Source: a virus (taxonomy: Duplodnaviria; Heunggongvirae; Uroviricota; Caudoviricetes). From it: a stretch of DNA of 48,817 nt. Positions within the stretch are counted from its first letter, which is position 1. Each line of letters opens with the position of its first letter. Under the pieces are notes generated by a model that was not told where the DNA came from, made no database searches, and saw only the letters and a list, made by a program, of their open reading frames with translations. Below are positions 17,864-27,849 of the stretch, one piece after another. The position numbers and the translations under genes are program-made. The DNA is taken from the IMG/VR virus record IMGVR_UViG_3300029922_000006. The stretch is one strand, 5' to 3'.

Positions 17864-18865
17864 ATGTCTACAGGCAAGATCAAAATTAATATGGATTCGC
17901 TTAAAACTCGTCGTGAGTGGAAGCGCCATAAAGTAAAAGACGGAAATAACATTTTCCGCATTCTCCCGCCCTTCGGCGAATCATCTAACGGCTACCCATA
18001 TCGCAAATGGCAGATCATCTGGGGATTACAAGACCCTGAGTCTGGACGTTCACGTCCTTTTGCTTCGTCAATGACAAGCGAAAAGCGTTGCCCGATCACT
18101 GAGTACGTTGGTGAATTGAAGAAAAAAGCTGAAGTCTTGAAATCTCAGTTGCAAGCAGCTGGTGTTTCTGAAGAAGACCAAAAGGCTCGTCTCCAGTCTC
18201 TTAACAGCTTGATTTCTAACATGAATCCTAAGACTGTCTATATCTACAACGCGGCTGACCGTGCTGGCGATGTTGGTCTGTTGGAGTTGAAATCAACTGC
18301 TCAGAAAAAGATGAAAGCTTTGATGACCACGTATATCAAAGACTACAACCAAGATCCTACGTCTTTGAATTCTGAAGACACAGATTCTGGTGTATGGTTC
18401 AACATCACTCGTACTGGCGAAGGCCGCGATACTGAGTACGATGTTTTGAAATTCCAAACTAAAACTAAATCTGCTACAGGCAAGATCACTTTCGAAGATG
18501 ATCGTTCGCCGCTCCCTGATTCAGTTGTTGAAAGCTACGATGATTTGGCTTACGATCTTGGTTCAGTTTACCAAGTTAAATCGTATGACGAATTAGCTGA
18601 GATCCTCGAGGCAAACATGCAAACTATCGTTGATCTCTGCCCAGATGCAGACCTTAACGCTTTCGAACGCGTTGTTCTCGCCCCAACACCAGCTCCTGCA
18701 AAAGTGGCTGCTAAGTCAGCAGGTACAAAGCCTGTATCGATCCGTCTTGATGACGGTGACGAAGAGGAAGAAGTTCAAGCGAAGCCAGTTCGCGCTACTG
18801 CAAAAGCAACAGCTGCTGCAGATGACGATTTCTTGGCTGAAGCTGACGCGCTTCTAAACTCGTAA
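17864..18865 (+). CDS. gp32-like single-stranded DNA-binding protein
   Basis: FRILPP, CPI, NITRTGEGRDTEYDV, acidic C-terminal tail; upstream of UvsY-like/RecA. Confidence 0.75.
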   Translation: MSTGKIKINMDSLKTRREWKRHKVKDGNNIFRILPPFGESSNGYPYRKWQIIWGLQDPESGRSRPFASSMTSEKRCPITEYVGELKKKAEVLKSQLQAAGVSEEDQKARLQSLNSLISNMNPKTVYIYNAADRAGDVGLLELKSTAQKKMKALMTTYIKDYNQDPTSLNSEDTDSGVWFNITRTGEGRDTEYDVLKFQTKTKSATGKITFEDDRSPLPDSVVESYDDLAYDLGSVYQVKSYDELAEILEANMQTIVDLCPDADLNAFERVVLAPTPAPAKVAAKSAGTKPVSIRLDDGDEEEEVQAKPVRATAKATAAADDDFLAEADALLNS

Positions 18866-18874
18866 GGGGACACA

Positions 18875-19327
18875 ATGAGTACTGAAAAGCAAGTGGCGAC
18901 AATCGACGTCACTCAGCTTGCCGGCTACCTCGCTAAAGTTAAAGAGCTCGCCTCCATCAATAAAATGATGGGGGCAACTTATCTTAGGGACTTTATCGAA
19001 GGACAAGACTTGGCAGGTGAGTTGTTAGCTCGTGCAGTCCGCGAAGACGCAAAAGCAAAGGCCAAGCTGGAACATGCTGAAGCCGTTGCATATCTGGAAC
19101 ATGCTCCTGCCTATTTAGAATCCAAAGGTATTAAGTATTCATCTGAAGCCTGTAAACGTTACGTCGACATCGACGAACTCGTTATTCAAGCGAAAGATAA
19201 GAAGGCTATGACCGAGGCATTGGTAGCATTAATGAAGAACAAATTATCAGTTCTGCGACAAGCCCACGACGATCTGAAGAAGATTGTTTACGGGGATACT
19301 CACATGACTGCATACGAAGGTATGTGA
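18875..19327 (+). CDS. UvsY-like recombination mediator (helical)
   Basis: Coiled coil with YVDIDELVIQAK segment; lies between SSB and RecA. Confidence 0.5.
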   Translation: MSTEKQVATIDVTQLAGYLAKVKELASINKMMGATYLRDFIEGQDLAGELLARAVREDAKAKAKLEHAEAVAYLEHAPAYLESKGIKYSSEACKRYVDIDELVIQAKDKKAMTEALVALMKNKLSVLRQAHDDLKKIVYGDTHMTAYEGM

Positions 19328-19842
19328 TGAAGGTGTGTTCTAAGTGTGCTCTTAATAAAGAGTACATACATTTTTATGTTAGGGCTAAGTATGCAGATGG
19401 CCATAGTTCGTGGTGCAAAAAGTGCACTCTAGATTATGGCAAAGCATACAAAAAACCTAGATTAAATGAAAGATTAGAGCGTCAACGCTCTTGGCGCAAG
19501 GATACTAATTACATGTCTAACTACCTATCTTTGCCTCAAAACAAGATTGCTCATAATCTTAGAACTAGACTAGGTAAAGCTATAACAAGTAATATATCTG
19601 CAGTTAAGGATTTAGGTTGCTCAATAGAAGAATTAAAAAGCTTTCTTGAATCTAAGTTTACTTTAGGCATGACTTGGGATAACTATGGAAAATGGCATAT
19701 TGATCATATCAAGCCATTGAGTAAGTTTAATTTAAGCGACACAAAAGAACTGCTGATGGCTTGTCACTATACTAACCTTCAGCCTTTATGGGCTAAAGAC
19801 AATATTGTAAAATATAATAAAATGGAGAATACACATGTCTAA
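19327..19842 (+). CDS. HNH endonuclease (GCS..EL...MTWDNYG.WHIDH family)
   Basis: WHIDHIKPLS...CHYTNLQPLW..DN..K. Confidence 0.85.
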   Translation: MKVCSKCALNKEYIHFYVRAKYADGHSSWCKKCTLDYGKAYKKPRLNERLERQRSWRKDTNYMSNYLSLPQNKIAHNLRTRLGKAITSNISAVKDLGCSIEELKSFLESKFTLGMTWDNYGKWHIDHIKPLSKFNLSDTKELLMACHYTNLQPLWAKDNIVKYNKMENTHV

Positions 19843-20950
19843 ATGGATGAGTAAGCTGACAGCCGATTTCGGTGTGGTAGCAGCCAATCTAAATACAAAG
19901 CTTCCTCCTGTAATTCCAACCCGTTCGCCATCGTTGAACTGGGCCACTGGAATCGGAGGCTTTCAGCCAGGTAAAGTGGCTGTTCTATATGGACCAGAAT
20001 CTTCTGGTAAATCACTCCTTGCCATGATGGCGGTCGCTGACGAGCAAGCAAAGGATAAAGATGGAATCTTCATCTGGTTTGACGCTGAGTTCTCATTTAA
20101 CCTCCCTCTCTTTCTCAAGATTGGTGGCGATCCTAAGCGACTTGTGGTACGAAAATCAAACGACCCCCTTAAAATCTTTGACTACATTGGCGGCGAGATG
20201 CTCGAAGCTCTCCAAGAAGGAGCTCCAATCCGCGGTATCGTTATTGATAGTATTAAGGCAATTAGATATCCTAAAGAGACCAACATGAAGCAGACTACAG
20301 ATCAGAAGATGGGTGGAACTGGTGCATCATACCTTCCATCGACTCTGAAACTGGTTATTCCGGTCATTGCTGAGTTTAATCTCGCTACATTCTTTATCCA
20401 ACAGGTAACTATGGAGATCGATCCGATGAAGGCATTACGTAACCCGTATGTCATCACAGAAGGTCGTGCTCTGAAGCATGCTGCAGACATCATGTTAGAG
20501 ATTGTTAAGCTTGATACCAAAGCTGGAGTCCTTGAATCTGGCGAGAACATTCATGGTGGAGCTCAACAGACCGGTCATAAGGTTCGTATCAAAGTTAAAA
20601 AGAATCGTCTAGGTGCACCGGCCCGCACTGCACAGTTTACTTGGCATTACGAAAACGGAGTTGTCGACACCGCTTCGGAGATCTTTGAACTAGGTAAGTC
20701 GCTTGGTGTGATCTATCATCCAATCAGTGAGAATACTGGCAAGCCAAATAACTCAATGTGGGCTATTGGTCAACATCCACCTATCAAAGGTGAAGATAAT
20801 GCACTTGCCTTGGTACAAGGATCTAAGGTTCTTCAAGACGAGATCTTGGCTGCTTGCTACTCCCACAAAGATGCTCCTGTAGAGCTTGATGCTTCAGGAA
20901 CAGTTATTGAAGCAGGCGATGGACTGGACGATATCAATCTAGAACTGTGA
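19835..20950 (+). CDS. recA: RecA/UvsX-like recombinase
   Basis: YGPESSGKS, FDAEF, IVIDSI, GRALKH, VKKNR. Confidence 0.92.
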   Translation: MSKWMSKLTADFGVVAANLNTKLPPVIPTRSPSLNWATGIGGFQPGKVAVLYGPESSGKSLLAMMAVADEQAKDKDGIFIWFDAEFSFNLPLFLKIGGDPKRLVVRKSNDPLKIFDYIGGEMLEALQEGAPIRGIVIDSIKAIRYPKETNMKQTTDQKMGGTGASYLPSTLKLVIPVIAEFNLATFFIQQVTMEIDPMKALRNPYVITEGRALKHAADIMLEIVKLDTKAGVLESGENIHGGAQQTGHKVRIKVKKNRLGAPARTAQFTWHYENGVVDTASEIFELGKSLGVIYHPISENTGKPNNSMWAIGQHPPIKGEDNALALVQGSKVLQDEILAACYSHKDAPVELDASGTVIEAGDGLDDINLEL

Positions 20951-20956
20951 GAATAA

Positions 20957-21079
20957 GATCGTCACGGCGTATGTGCTGTAGCGACCGATCCCTGGTCTGC
21001 CTACGAACACGTAGAAAGGCTAGACCACGTATGCGAAATAGTTCTAAAGAGTGGTGTGAAACCTCCGACATCAGTCTAG
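20957..21079 (+). pseudogene. C-terminal remnant of a class II aldolase/adducin-family gene
   Basis: Start-less frame DRHGVCAVATDPWSAYEHVERLDHVCEIVLKSG. Confidence 0.6.
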
Positions 21080-21444
21080 AAGAAATCAACCGTCGTGCAA
21101 ATGAAGAATGGGAAGCTGGCAAAGTTCCTACGATGGTTTATCTTAGTATTGACTTATATGCAGAGTTGCAAAAGTCAATGATGTCAAGTCAGCGATATCA
21201 TACTCCAGGAGCCATGCCCACTGGAAAATCCATCGTCAGTATAATGACCCATGCAGGAAGTCTCCACGTCGAGTGTATTCATAAGTTTAGGAATTTCATT
21301 CTTGTTGGACGCAAAGAGGACTTTGATACGTTCATTAACAATGGCGTAGACCCCATTTTCTGGAATGACCAAGAGCGCTTGCGAGTTGACAAGGCATTTG
21401 AGGATCTAGTAATATTAGAAGGTAATGATGAAGAAGTGTTCTAA
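21031..21444 (+). CDS. hypothetical protein (start uncertain)
   Basis: Protein-like from DISLEEINRR onward; 5' part overlaps the aldolase remnant. Confidence 0.55.
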   Translation: MRNSSKEWCETSDISLEEINRRANEEWEAGKVPTMVYLSIDLYAELQKSMMSSQRYHTPGAMPTGKSIVSIMTHAGSLHVECIHKFRNFILVGRKEDFDTFINNGVDPIFWNDQERLRVDKAFEDLVILEGNDEEVF

Positions 21445-21916
21445 GTGTAAACAGCCAGGATCATTTTACAAGGATAAGAACGCCTCTGGTGGTTTTAGAT
21501 CAATTTGCAAGACCTGTGATAAAGCTAAAGCTAGTCGTTGGAATAAGGCAAATTCAGAACGTCATACTGAGCATGAGAAGAGCTATAGAGAATCCAATCG
21601 AGACCAGATGAGATTAAATAAGAAGAACTATGTTTCCAGCAATCCTAGATCTGTTAAAAACAGTGGATTAAAATTTAACTATGGCATTGATATAAATCAA
21701 TATGATCTTATGAAATCTCAACAAAACAATTGCTGTGCTATTTGTTTTAAAAACGAAGATGAACTGCCTAGAGATCTATGTGTAGATCATTGTCATAAAA
21801 CCGGTAAAATAAGAAAACTATTGTGTGCTAGATGTAATTCTGCATTAGGGTTTATAGATGATAATGTTGACTTTGCAAATCGCTTACATGAATATTTAAA
21901 GGAACACAATGGCTAG
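21425..21916 (+). CDS. endonuclease VII-family HNH endonuclease
   Basis: CSKC/CKTC; YGI; CAIC; VDHCHKTGKIRKLLC. Confidence 0.88.
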   Translation: MMKKCSKCKQPGSFYKDKNASGGFRSICKTCDKAKASRWNKANSERHTEHEKSYRESNRDQMRLNKKNYVSSNPRSVKNSGLKFNYGIDINQYDLMKSQQNNCCAICFKNEDELPRDLCVDHCHKTGKIRKLLCARCNSALGFIDDNVDFANRLHEYLKEHNG

Positions 21917-22946
21917 AGTTCTTTTTATTGGAGACATGCATCTTAAAATTAATCGCTTTGATTTAGCCAAACAATTTCTTACTTGGATAAATCAGGTAAT
22001 AATTGATCAAAAACCTGACATAATTGTTAACTTAGGTGATACCTTCGATACACACGCAGTTGTTCGATCTGAGGTAATGACAGAATTCATGTTACATGTT
22101 GATAAAGCGATTAAAATTGCGCCCTATATATATGTGGTTGGCAACCATTGCTCATATAAACCCAACGACAACAAGTACCACGCACTTAAGCATCTTAAAG
22201 GTAAGATTAAGGAGTTCACCATAGTGGATGAACTTATTAACTTACACGGGATGACTTTCGTACCTTATGTCCACAACCCCGAAGAATTCCCCAAACAAAC
22301 ACTCCCGATCTGTGTCGCGCACCAAACCTTCAAAGGCGCAGATTTCGGAGACATTACCACGAAAGATGGCGTCGATGCGAGCAGCGTTGCTGGTGCAGAG
22401 ATCATCATCTCAGGACACATCCACAAGCGCCAGAGGTTGGACAGTGGCAAACGCGGAGGACCAGAGGTCATTTATATTGGTAGCCCGTTTTCTCAGAGTG
22501 CTTCAGACATTAATCAAATTAAAGGTGTAAGCATCTTCGATACGGACACGTATGGCGAAGAGTTTATAGCGTGTCCGCTTCCGATGTGGCGCGGTGTCAA
22601 ATATGAACTTTCTCCTTCATTCTCAGTTGCCGACGTACATGAAGACTTAATGCAGACCTTAAATGACGTTGATCATTGGGTCGTAGAGATTACAGGACCA
22701 AAAGCAGAACTGCTTGGTTATCTTGGATCTAAAAAAGGGAAAAGTTTAACAACAGGTCGTGACGTGAAAGTCAAGCCCGTATTTACAGACAAAGAGAAGC
22801 GTCAGATTCGTATCGAAGCTTTGTCACTATCTCATATTGTGAACGAATATATAGATAAAGTCTACAGTGGATCGATTGACAAAGATGAATTAAAGAAAAT
22901 AGCTAAAGAAGTTCAAGGTGATAATGGGCAACTATTCGGAATATAA
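21909..22946 (+). CDS. SbcD/gp47-like metallophosphoesterase nuclease
   Basis: GDMH, LGDTFD, VGNH, AHQT, SGHIH, YIGSP. Confidence 0.9.
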   Translation: MARVLFIGDMHLKINRFDLAKQFLTWINQVIIDQKPDIIVNLGDTFDTHAVVRSEVMTEFMLHVDKAIKIAPYIYVVGNHCSYKPNDNKYHALKHLKGKIKEFTIVDELINLHGMTFVPYVHNPEEFPKQTLPICVAHQTFKGADFGDITTKDGVDASSVAGAEIIISGHIHKRQRLDSGKRGGPEVIYIGSPFSQSASDINQIKGVSIFDTDTYGEEFIACPLPMWRGVKYELSPSFSVADVHEDLMQTLNDVDHWVVEITGPKAELLGYLGSKKGKSLTTGRDVKVKPVFTDKEKRQIRIEALSLSHIVNEYIDKVYSGSIDKDELKKIAKEVQGDNGQLFGI

Positions 22947-23415
22947 AGCTGCCTATTATCAAAGAAATAAGCAAAGACTGAATGAGAAAAATAGTCTCTG
23001 GGCGCACAATAATAAAGAAAAATCTGAAGTCATAAAAAGAAAATATCGCAATAAAAATAAAGCTGAGAAAGTTAAGTTAGATGCTTTATGGTATGACGAA
23101 AATCGCGATCATAAAAGTAATTATAGTAAGCTCTATAAGGTTAATAATAGAACTAAAATAAATGCTATTGCCGCTAAAAGAAGGGCAGCTTTATTAAATG
23201 CAACCCCATTGTGGTTGACCGAGCAACACAATAAAGACATAGAAGAGTTTTATATTTTGGCACAAGAGTTAGCGTGGCTAAACCAAGACGGTCAACCATT
23301 TCACGTTGATCATATTATACCACTTCAAGGTGTTAACTGTTCTGGCTTACATGTGCCTTGGAACCTTCAATTACTTCATCCTAGTATAAATCTGAGCAAG
23401 AAGAACAAAATATAA
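22924..23415 (+). CDS. HNH endonuclease, paralog of 4097..4669
   Basis: LAWLNQDG..FHVDHI.PL.G...GLHVPWNLQLL shared with 4097..4669. Confidence 0.85.
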   Translation: MGNYSEYKAAYYQRNKQRLNEKNSLWAHNNKEKSEVIKRKYRNKNKAEKVKLDALWYDENRDHKSNYSKLYKVNNRTKINAIAAKRRAALLNATPLWLTEQHNKDIEEFYILAQELAWLNQDGQPFHVDHIIPLQGVNCSGLHVPWNLQLLHPSINLSKKNKI

Positions 23416-23469
23416 GCTTCTCCGCTCTGGTATAATGAAGTCAGGTGGAGAACACCCTTAGGAGTTAGT

Positions 23470-23931
23470 ATGGATAACAAAGAAGTAAACTTGGAGGAGT
23501 ATGTCGACCAGCGTCGCTGGCTATTGAACAACGGCTTGATTACTGACGATATCAAAAACCAACTGTTTCTTTGTGGATCTATCGTTCACAAGGAAGTGCA
23601 AGCTGTTGAGCTTGATCTGGATCTAACTGGCGACAATAAGGTCGTTCATTATAAGATTTATGTCGAAGCAAAACTTCTTAAAAAGATTGCACAATACGAG
23701 GTTCTCTCCAAGTCCACCACCCTGTTTGGGATGTGGCGCTTTAAGAGACTCCTCAAGAAAGAGGGAGCTCTAGACTTCAGACAGATCCTTAACACCTTTG
23801 TTAAAGACTACTGCGGCCCAAAATGGAGCGTTACCGTACAAACCGTGGACTTCAACAGCTATGTAGAAGGACTCGGAGATAAAAGTGAAACCGACGGCAG
23901 AAGTCAGCAATCTAATCAATTGCCTGACTAA
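23470..23931 (+). CDS. hypothetical protein
   Basis: AGGAG SD and TGGTATAAT upstream. Confidence 0.7.
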   Translation: MDNKEVNLEEYVDQRRWLLNNGLITDDIKNQLFLCGSIVHKEVQAVELDLDLTGDNKVVHYKIYVEAKLLKKIAQYEVLSKSTTLFGMWRFKRLLKKEGALDFRQILNTFVKDYCGPKWSVTVQTVDFNSYVEGLGDKSETDGRSQQSNQLPD

Positions 23932-24298
23932 CAACGAAGACGCGCGTCAAGATTTATGGGTCCACTATCTCAGTGGAACCCCCGTTGAATCGCTAAGTGC
24001 CCGCTTGACAGAAACTCAAGTGGAATACTCCGATGATCTAGAGCTGCGCAAAGCAGTATGGGCTTTGGTCCAGACCCCTCTCTCCGACGAAATGTCCAAT
24101 TTCCTACACACCAACTTTACAGACTATGAACGCTCAGTAATTTGTCTTTTAGCACTCGGATTAGACGCAGGTCAAATTTCTGTTATAAAAGGTATCAGTG
24201 AGGTACGTATTAGGCAGTCTATAGCAACTATCAGGTATAATAAGGTTTGGAATGAATACCGCCAAACCGTGCATAAAGTGCAATCAACTAAAAAGTAG
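23885..24298 (+). CDS. sigma-factor-like HTH protein (region-4/ECF-like)
   Basis: ARQDLWVHYL; FTDYERSVICLLALGLDAGQISVIKGISEVRIRQ. Confidence 0.5.
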   Translation: MKPTAEVSNLINCLTNNEDARQDLWVHYLSGTPVESLSARLTETQVEYSDDLELRKAVWALVQTPLSDEMSNFLHTNFTDYERSVICLLALGLDAGQISVIKGISEVRIRQSIATIRYNKVWNEYRQTVHKVQSTKK

Positions 24299-24794
24299 TG
24301 CAGATTTTGATAAAGGTCGAAATCAGTGCAAAACTTGTCGTAAAGACTATTTAAAGTCTTATTACTCTTCATATTATGAAGATAACAAAGAGTTATTGCT
24401 TTCTGCTATGTCTTCTTATAAAGATAATAATAGGGTCAAAATTAGAGTTAAACAGTCTGCACGCTCTAAAAATAGACGTATGTCAGATCCGCAATATAAA
24501 TTAGCTAGTAATCTTCGTTCTAGATTAAGTCATGCGCTTAAGAATGGTCAAAAAGTAGGTTCTGCTATATCGGATTTAGGTTGTTCAATTGAAGAGCTGA
24601 AGAAGCATATAGAAAATCAATTTATTTCAGATATGTCATGGTCGAATTATGGTAAATGGCATATTGATCACATTAAGCCCTTAAGTTCATTTGATTTAAC
24701 GAACCCAGAAGAACTAAAAAGTGCTTGTTATTACACCAATCTTCAGCCAATGTGGGCTGAAGATAATTGGTCTAAAGGTTCAAAATGGCGTTAA
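24252..24794 (+). CDS. HNH endonuclease (WHIDH family)
   Basis: LGCSIEEL, MSWSNYGKWHIDHIKPLS, NLQPMW. Confidence 0.85.
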   Translation: MNTAKPCIKCNQLKSSADFDKGRNQCKTCRKDYLKSYYSSYYEDNKELLLSAMSSYKDNNRVKIRVKQSARSKNRRMSDPQYKLASNLRSRLSHALKNGQKVGSAISDLGCSIEELKKHIENQFISDMSWSNYGKWHIDHIKPLSSFDLTNPEELKSACYYTNLQPMWAEDNWSKGSKWR

Positions 24795-25414
24795 AGAAGA
24801 ACCTGACAGACGATGAAAAGTACGGTTTAAGCGAAGAAGAGATCAAACTCGCTACAAAGTATCTTCGTAAGAACAAAACAGCTGGGGCCCTAGCCGATCT
24901 AGAGGCTGCCAAGTTGTATGAACTGTTCCTCTTGGGTGACTCGATCCCCAAGATCGCGCAACAGTACCCAAATTACCCAGTTTCTCAAATTGCACTTACC
25001 GCAGCTCTTCGTGGCTGGGCAAAAGACCGCGACAAGATGCAACACACCCTCCAAGACAGGGTTCGCGCTAAAGTGGTTAAATCGGTCCTAGACCAGGTTG
25101 ACTTCTTGACCTCAATGATGGCCGTAGCTAATACGGAACACTTAGAGGCCATGATGCGTTATGTTCATGATCCTATTAACAATCCCAAGCCTGCTATGCG
25201 AGTTACGAGTATCAAAGAATACAAGGATGTCGCTGAGACACTTTATAAGATCGTAGCTGGCGCAACTGGTGGTGGAACTGGTAAGGGCAAAGAAAAATCT
25301 CCAATGTTTGAGGCACTAACTGCTCCCCAAAATAGGGAAGAAGTTGAAGTTGAAGAGGAGTTTGACATCACTAAGATGGCTGACGCCCTTCCAAAGGCTT
25401 CCGGTAAAGAATAA
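24785..25414 (+). CDS. putative terminase small subunit
   Basis: HTH-like N-terminal half, helical; upstream of the large terminase (positional inference). Confidence 0.45.
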   Translation: MALKKNLTDDEKYGLSEEEIKLATKYLRKNKTAGALADLEAAKLYELFLLGDSIPKIAQQYPNYPVSQIALTAALRGWAKDRDKMQHTLQDRVRAKVVKSVLDQVDFLTSMMAVANTEHLEAMMRYVHDPINNPKPAMRVTSIKEYKDVAETLYKIVAGATGGGTGKGKEKSPMFEALTAPQNREEVEVEEEFDITKMADALPKASGKE

Positions 25415-25911
25415 TGGGAAGATCTAAAATTAACATTATTTGCAGTAAGTGCGAGAAGCAGGCCTGGACAAAAGGCTTATGTTCTGCTCATTATAAGCAA
25501 GAATATTATGTTAACAATAGGGATAAAGAAAGTACTTCTAGGTCTGAGTATAACAAATCAGTTCCTGAGAAGATGGCTGAAAGAAAGCGCAAGCGAGAAC
25601 AAACTGATGTTTGTTATAAGCTTGCAAATCGTCTTCGTCATAGACTCAATAGTGCGATTAAGGGCGGCGGATCTATTGAGCATTTAGGTTGTACAGTAGA
25701 AGAATTTAAAGTACATTTAGAGAACATGTTTGAGCCAGGAATGAGTTGGAACAATCATACAACTTACGGTTGGCACATAGATCACATAATCCCTTTATCT
25801 AAGGTTGATCTAAAAAATGAAGCAGACTTAAAAAAGGTTTGTCATTATAAGAATTTGAGACCACTTTGGTGGGATCAAAACTTAGGAAGACGTTATGGCA
25901 AAGAAAGTTAA
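25414..25911 (+). CDS. HNH endonuclease (WHIDH family)
   Basis: KGLCSAHY; LGCTVEEF; WHIDHIIPLS; CHYKNLRPLW. Confidence 0.85.
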   Translation: MGRSKINIICSKCEKQAWTKGLCSAHYKQEYYVNNRDKESTSRSEYNKSVPEKMAERKRKREQTDVCYKLANRLRHRLNSAIKGGGSIEHLGCTVEEFKVHLENMFEPGMSWNNHTTYGWHIDHIIPLSKVDLKNEADLKKVCHYKNLRPLWWDQNLGRRYGKES

Positions 25912-27826
25912 AAAGGTGATAACTCTAGAGCAGGAAAGAAAACTTCTGTTAAAGCCTTGCAAGACACCTGCAGAAGCAAAAGCGTGGATTAAGTACTTTC
26001 TTAACTTGGAACTTCCAGATGTCACTGTCTCTCGTTACTCCGACACCAATCCTTTTATGGTTATCTGGGAAGTGTACGACATCTGTGTTAATGGCAACAA
26101 CCCAAATAAGATTAAAGAATTACTGTTCGTCGCTGGTCGGGGATCTGGAAAGACTCTCGGTATGGCGATTGCCGAGCTCATGGTGCTGATGCATAATCAG
26201 CGTGAAGTTGTTCACGTAGGTGCGATCCTTAACCAGGCTGAACGTTGTTACGCGTACCAGAAGAACTTCCTCTACAACCGCAAACTGAAGCCCCTGGTCT
26301 GTCCAGATGACATTCCCGAGGACAAACGGATCCTAGAGAAGGCCAACATGTCGAAGAGTCTCTTCAACATCGGGGGCGAGAAGATTACGCTTGAGGTTAT
26401 TCCGTGTACGCTTAAAGCTTGTAACGGACCTCACGTTCCACTAGTTGTTGTCGATGAGATCGATACCGTTTCCGGTGAGGGCGTTAAAGCTTTCGCTGAG
26501 ATCAACGGTATGCTTGACTCACGCCCGGGCAAGCCTGCGCTCCGCGTAGGTATCTCAACTCGTAAGACTCGTTACGGTTTGATGAATGCTCAGATTGAAA
26601 ACGCAGAAGCTGAAGGACGTACTGTCCGCCGCTGGACTGCATTCGAGTTCGTAGAGCGTTGCACGGATGAAAGATCCGGAACAGATAAAATTCCACTCTT
26701 CGTTAACCAAGATGTCATGGAGGTCCTTACTGAAGAACAGTTCTTGAAAAAGGACCGTGTTAAACAAAAAGACTACACGATGTATGAGGGCTTTACTGGC
26801 TGTGCCACATGCCCTATCTTCTCTATCTGCTTGACGGATGCTAAGAAACAGACTTCCACATCACCAATGCTTAAGAATCTGGACGTCGATTTGATCCAGA
26901 AGGTTAAGACCGGTGGATCTGACTGGGCACTTGCTCAGCTCATGAATTTAAAGCCCTCAGTTGAAGGCATCATCTACCGTGAATTCGAAGAGAAGACTCA
27001 CATCAAGGACTGGAACCAGATGTGGATGATTCTCACTGGTAAAGAGTTCCCAGGTGAGTGCACACACGATATCTTCGTTGCAAAGTGCCATGAGATGCAC
27101 CTTCCGTGCTACGCCGGGATTGACTGGGGATATTCATCACCTAACACCGTCGTATTTTTCTTTATGGATAAGCGCGACAACGTCTTTATTGTGAAGACAG
27201 ATGGTATGACCCAGATCTCGTCTCCAACTTGGATTCACCATATTAAGACTAAGTACCACAATAAGTACCGCGTCCAATTATATGTTCCTGACCAAGCGGA
27301 TCAGGGCGCTATTCAGGAAATGCGTAAAGCTGGTCTGCCCGCACATAATGACGCGAAGAAACCCGAAATCATGACGGGTATCCAAGTCATTAAGAAGCTC
27401 TTAAAAGTTCCAGGCGGACAAGAAGCGAAACTCTTTATGGCACGAGACACTACGTCTCATATCCAATCTGAGTTCAGTCTTTATCACTATAAGCTAGATG
27501 CTGCAGGCGAACCTACAGATCAACCGGATACTGAGAACGATCACTGGTTAGATGCCTTGCGTTATCCGCTCAGCGTTCTCCTTGGTAAAGCTCAAATTAT
27601 TCTTGGTGGCGGAATGGATCTAGAGACATCCGCAGACATTAGAGGCAATGATGGCACATATAGCAGAACACCCACTGCTGCAGAGTTTGCCACAACACAG
27701 GGAATCCCGTTTAGTCAGAACGAGCAAGACGCCTCTAAGATGGGTAAGATAGGAAAGAAGTCTGAACTGGACGATGATGGCGGCGACGACTCTGGAAGCA
27801 ATTCAGGATTTCTTTGGTCTTTTTAG
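25895..27826 (+). CDS. terminase large subunit
   Basis: Walker A AGRGSGKT, Walker B VVVDE, nuclease GIDWGY and DHWLDALRY. Confidence 0.9.
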   Translation: MAKKVKKVITLEQERKLLLKPCKTPAEAKAWIKYFLNLELPDVTVSRYSDTNPFMVIWEVYDICVNGNNPNKIKELLFVAGRGSGKTLGMAIAELMVLMHNQREVVHVGAILNQAERCYAYQKNFLYNRKLKPLVCPDDIPEDKRILEKANMSKSLFNIGGEKITLEVIPCTLKACNGPHVPLVVVDEIDTVSGEGVKAFAEINGMLDSRPGKPALRVGISTRKTRYGLMNAQIENAEAEGRTVRRWTAFEFVERCTDERSGTDKIPLFVNQDVMEVLTEEQFLKKDRVKQKDYTMYEGFTGCATCPIFSICLTDAKKQTSTSPMLKNLDVDLIQKVKTGGSDWALAQLMNLKPSVEGIIYREFEEKTHIKDWNQMWMILTGKEFPGECTHDIFVAKCHEMHLPCYAGIDWGYSSPNTVVFFFMDKRDNVFIVKTDGMTQISSPTWIHHIKTKYHNKYRVQLYVPDQADQGAIQEMRKAGLPAHNDAKKPEIMTGIQVIKKLLKVPGGQEAKLFMARDTTSHIQSEFSLYHYKLDAAGEPTDQPDTENDHWLDALRYPLSVLLGKAQIILGGGMDLETSADIRGNDGTYSRTPTAAEFATTQGIPFSQNEQDASKMGKIGKKSELDDDGGDDSGSNSGFLWSF

Positions 27827-27849
27827 TGTTTATATGGTATTATTAAGTT

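Noticed and set aside
13214-27826. Inteins or introns in dnaE, recA or terminase
   Set aside because: No intein-like N-terminal/HN-[CST] boundaries or LAGLIDADG blocks seen; motifs are contiguous and lengths ordinary
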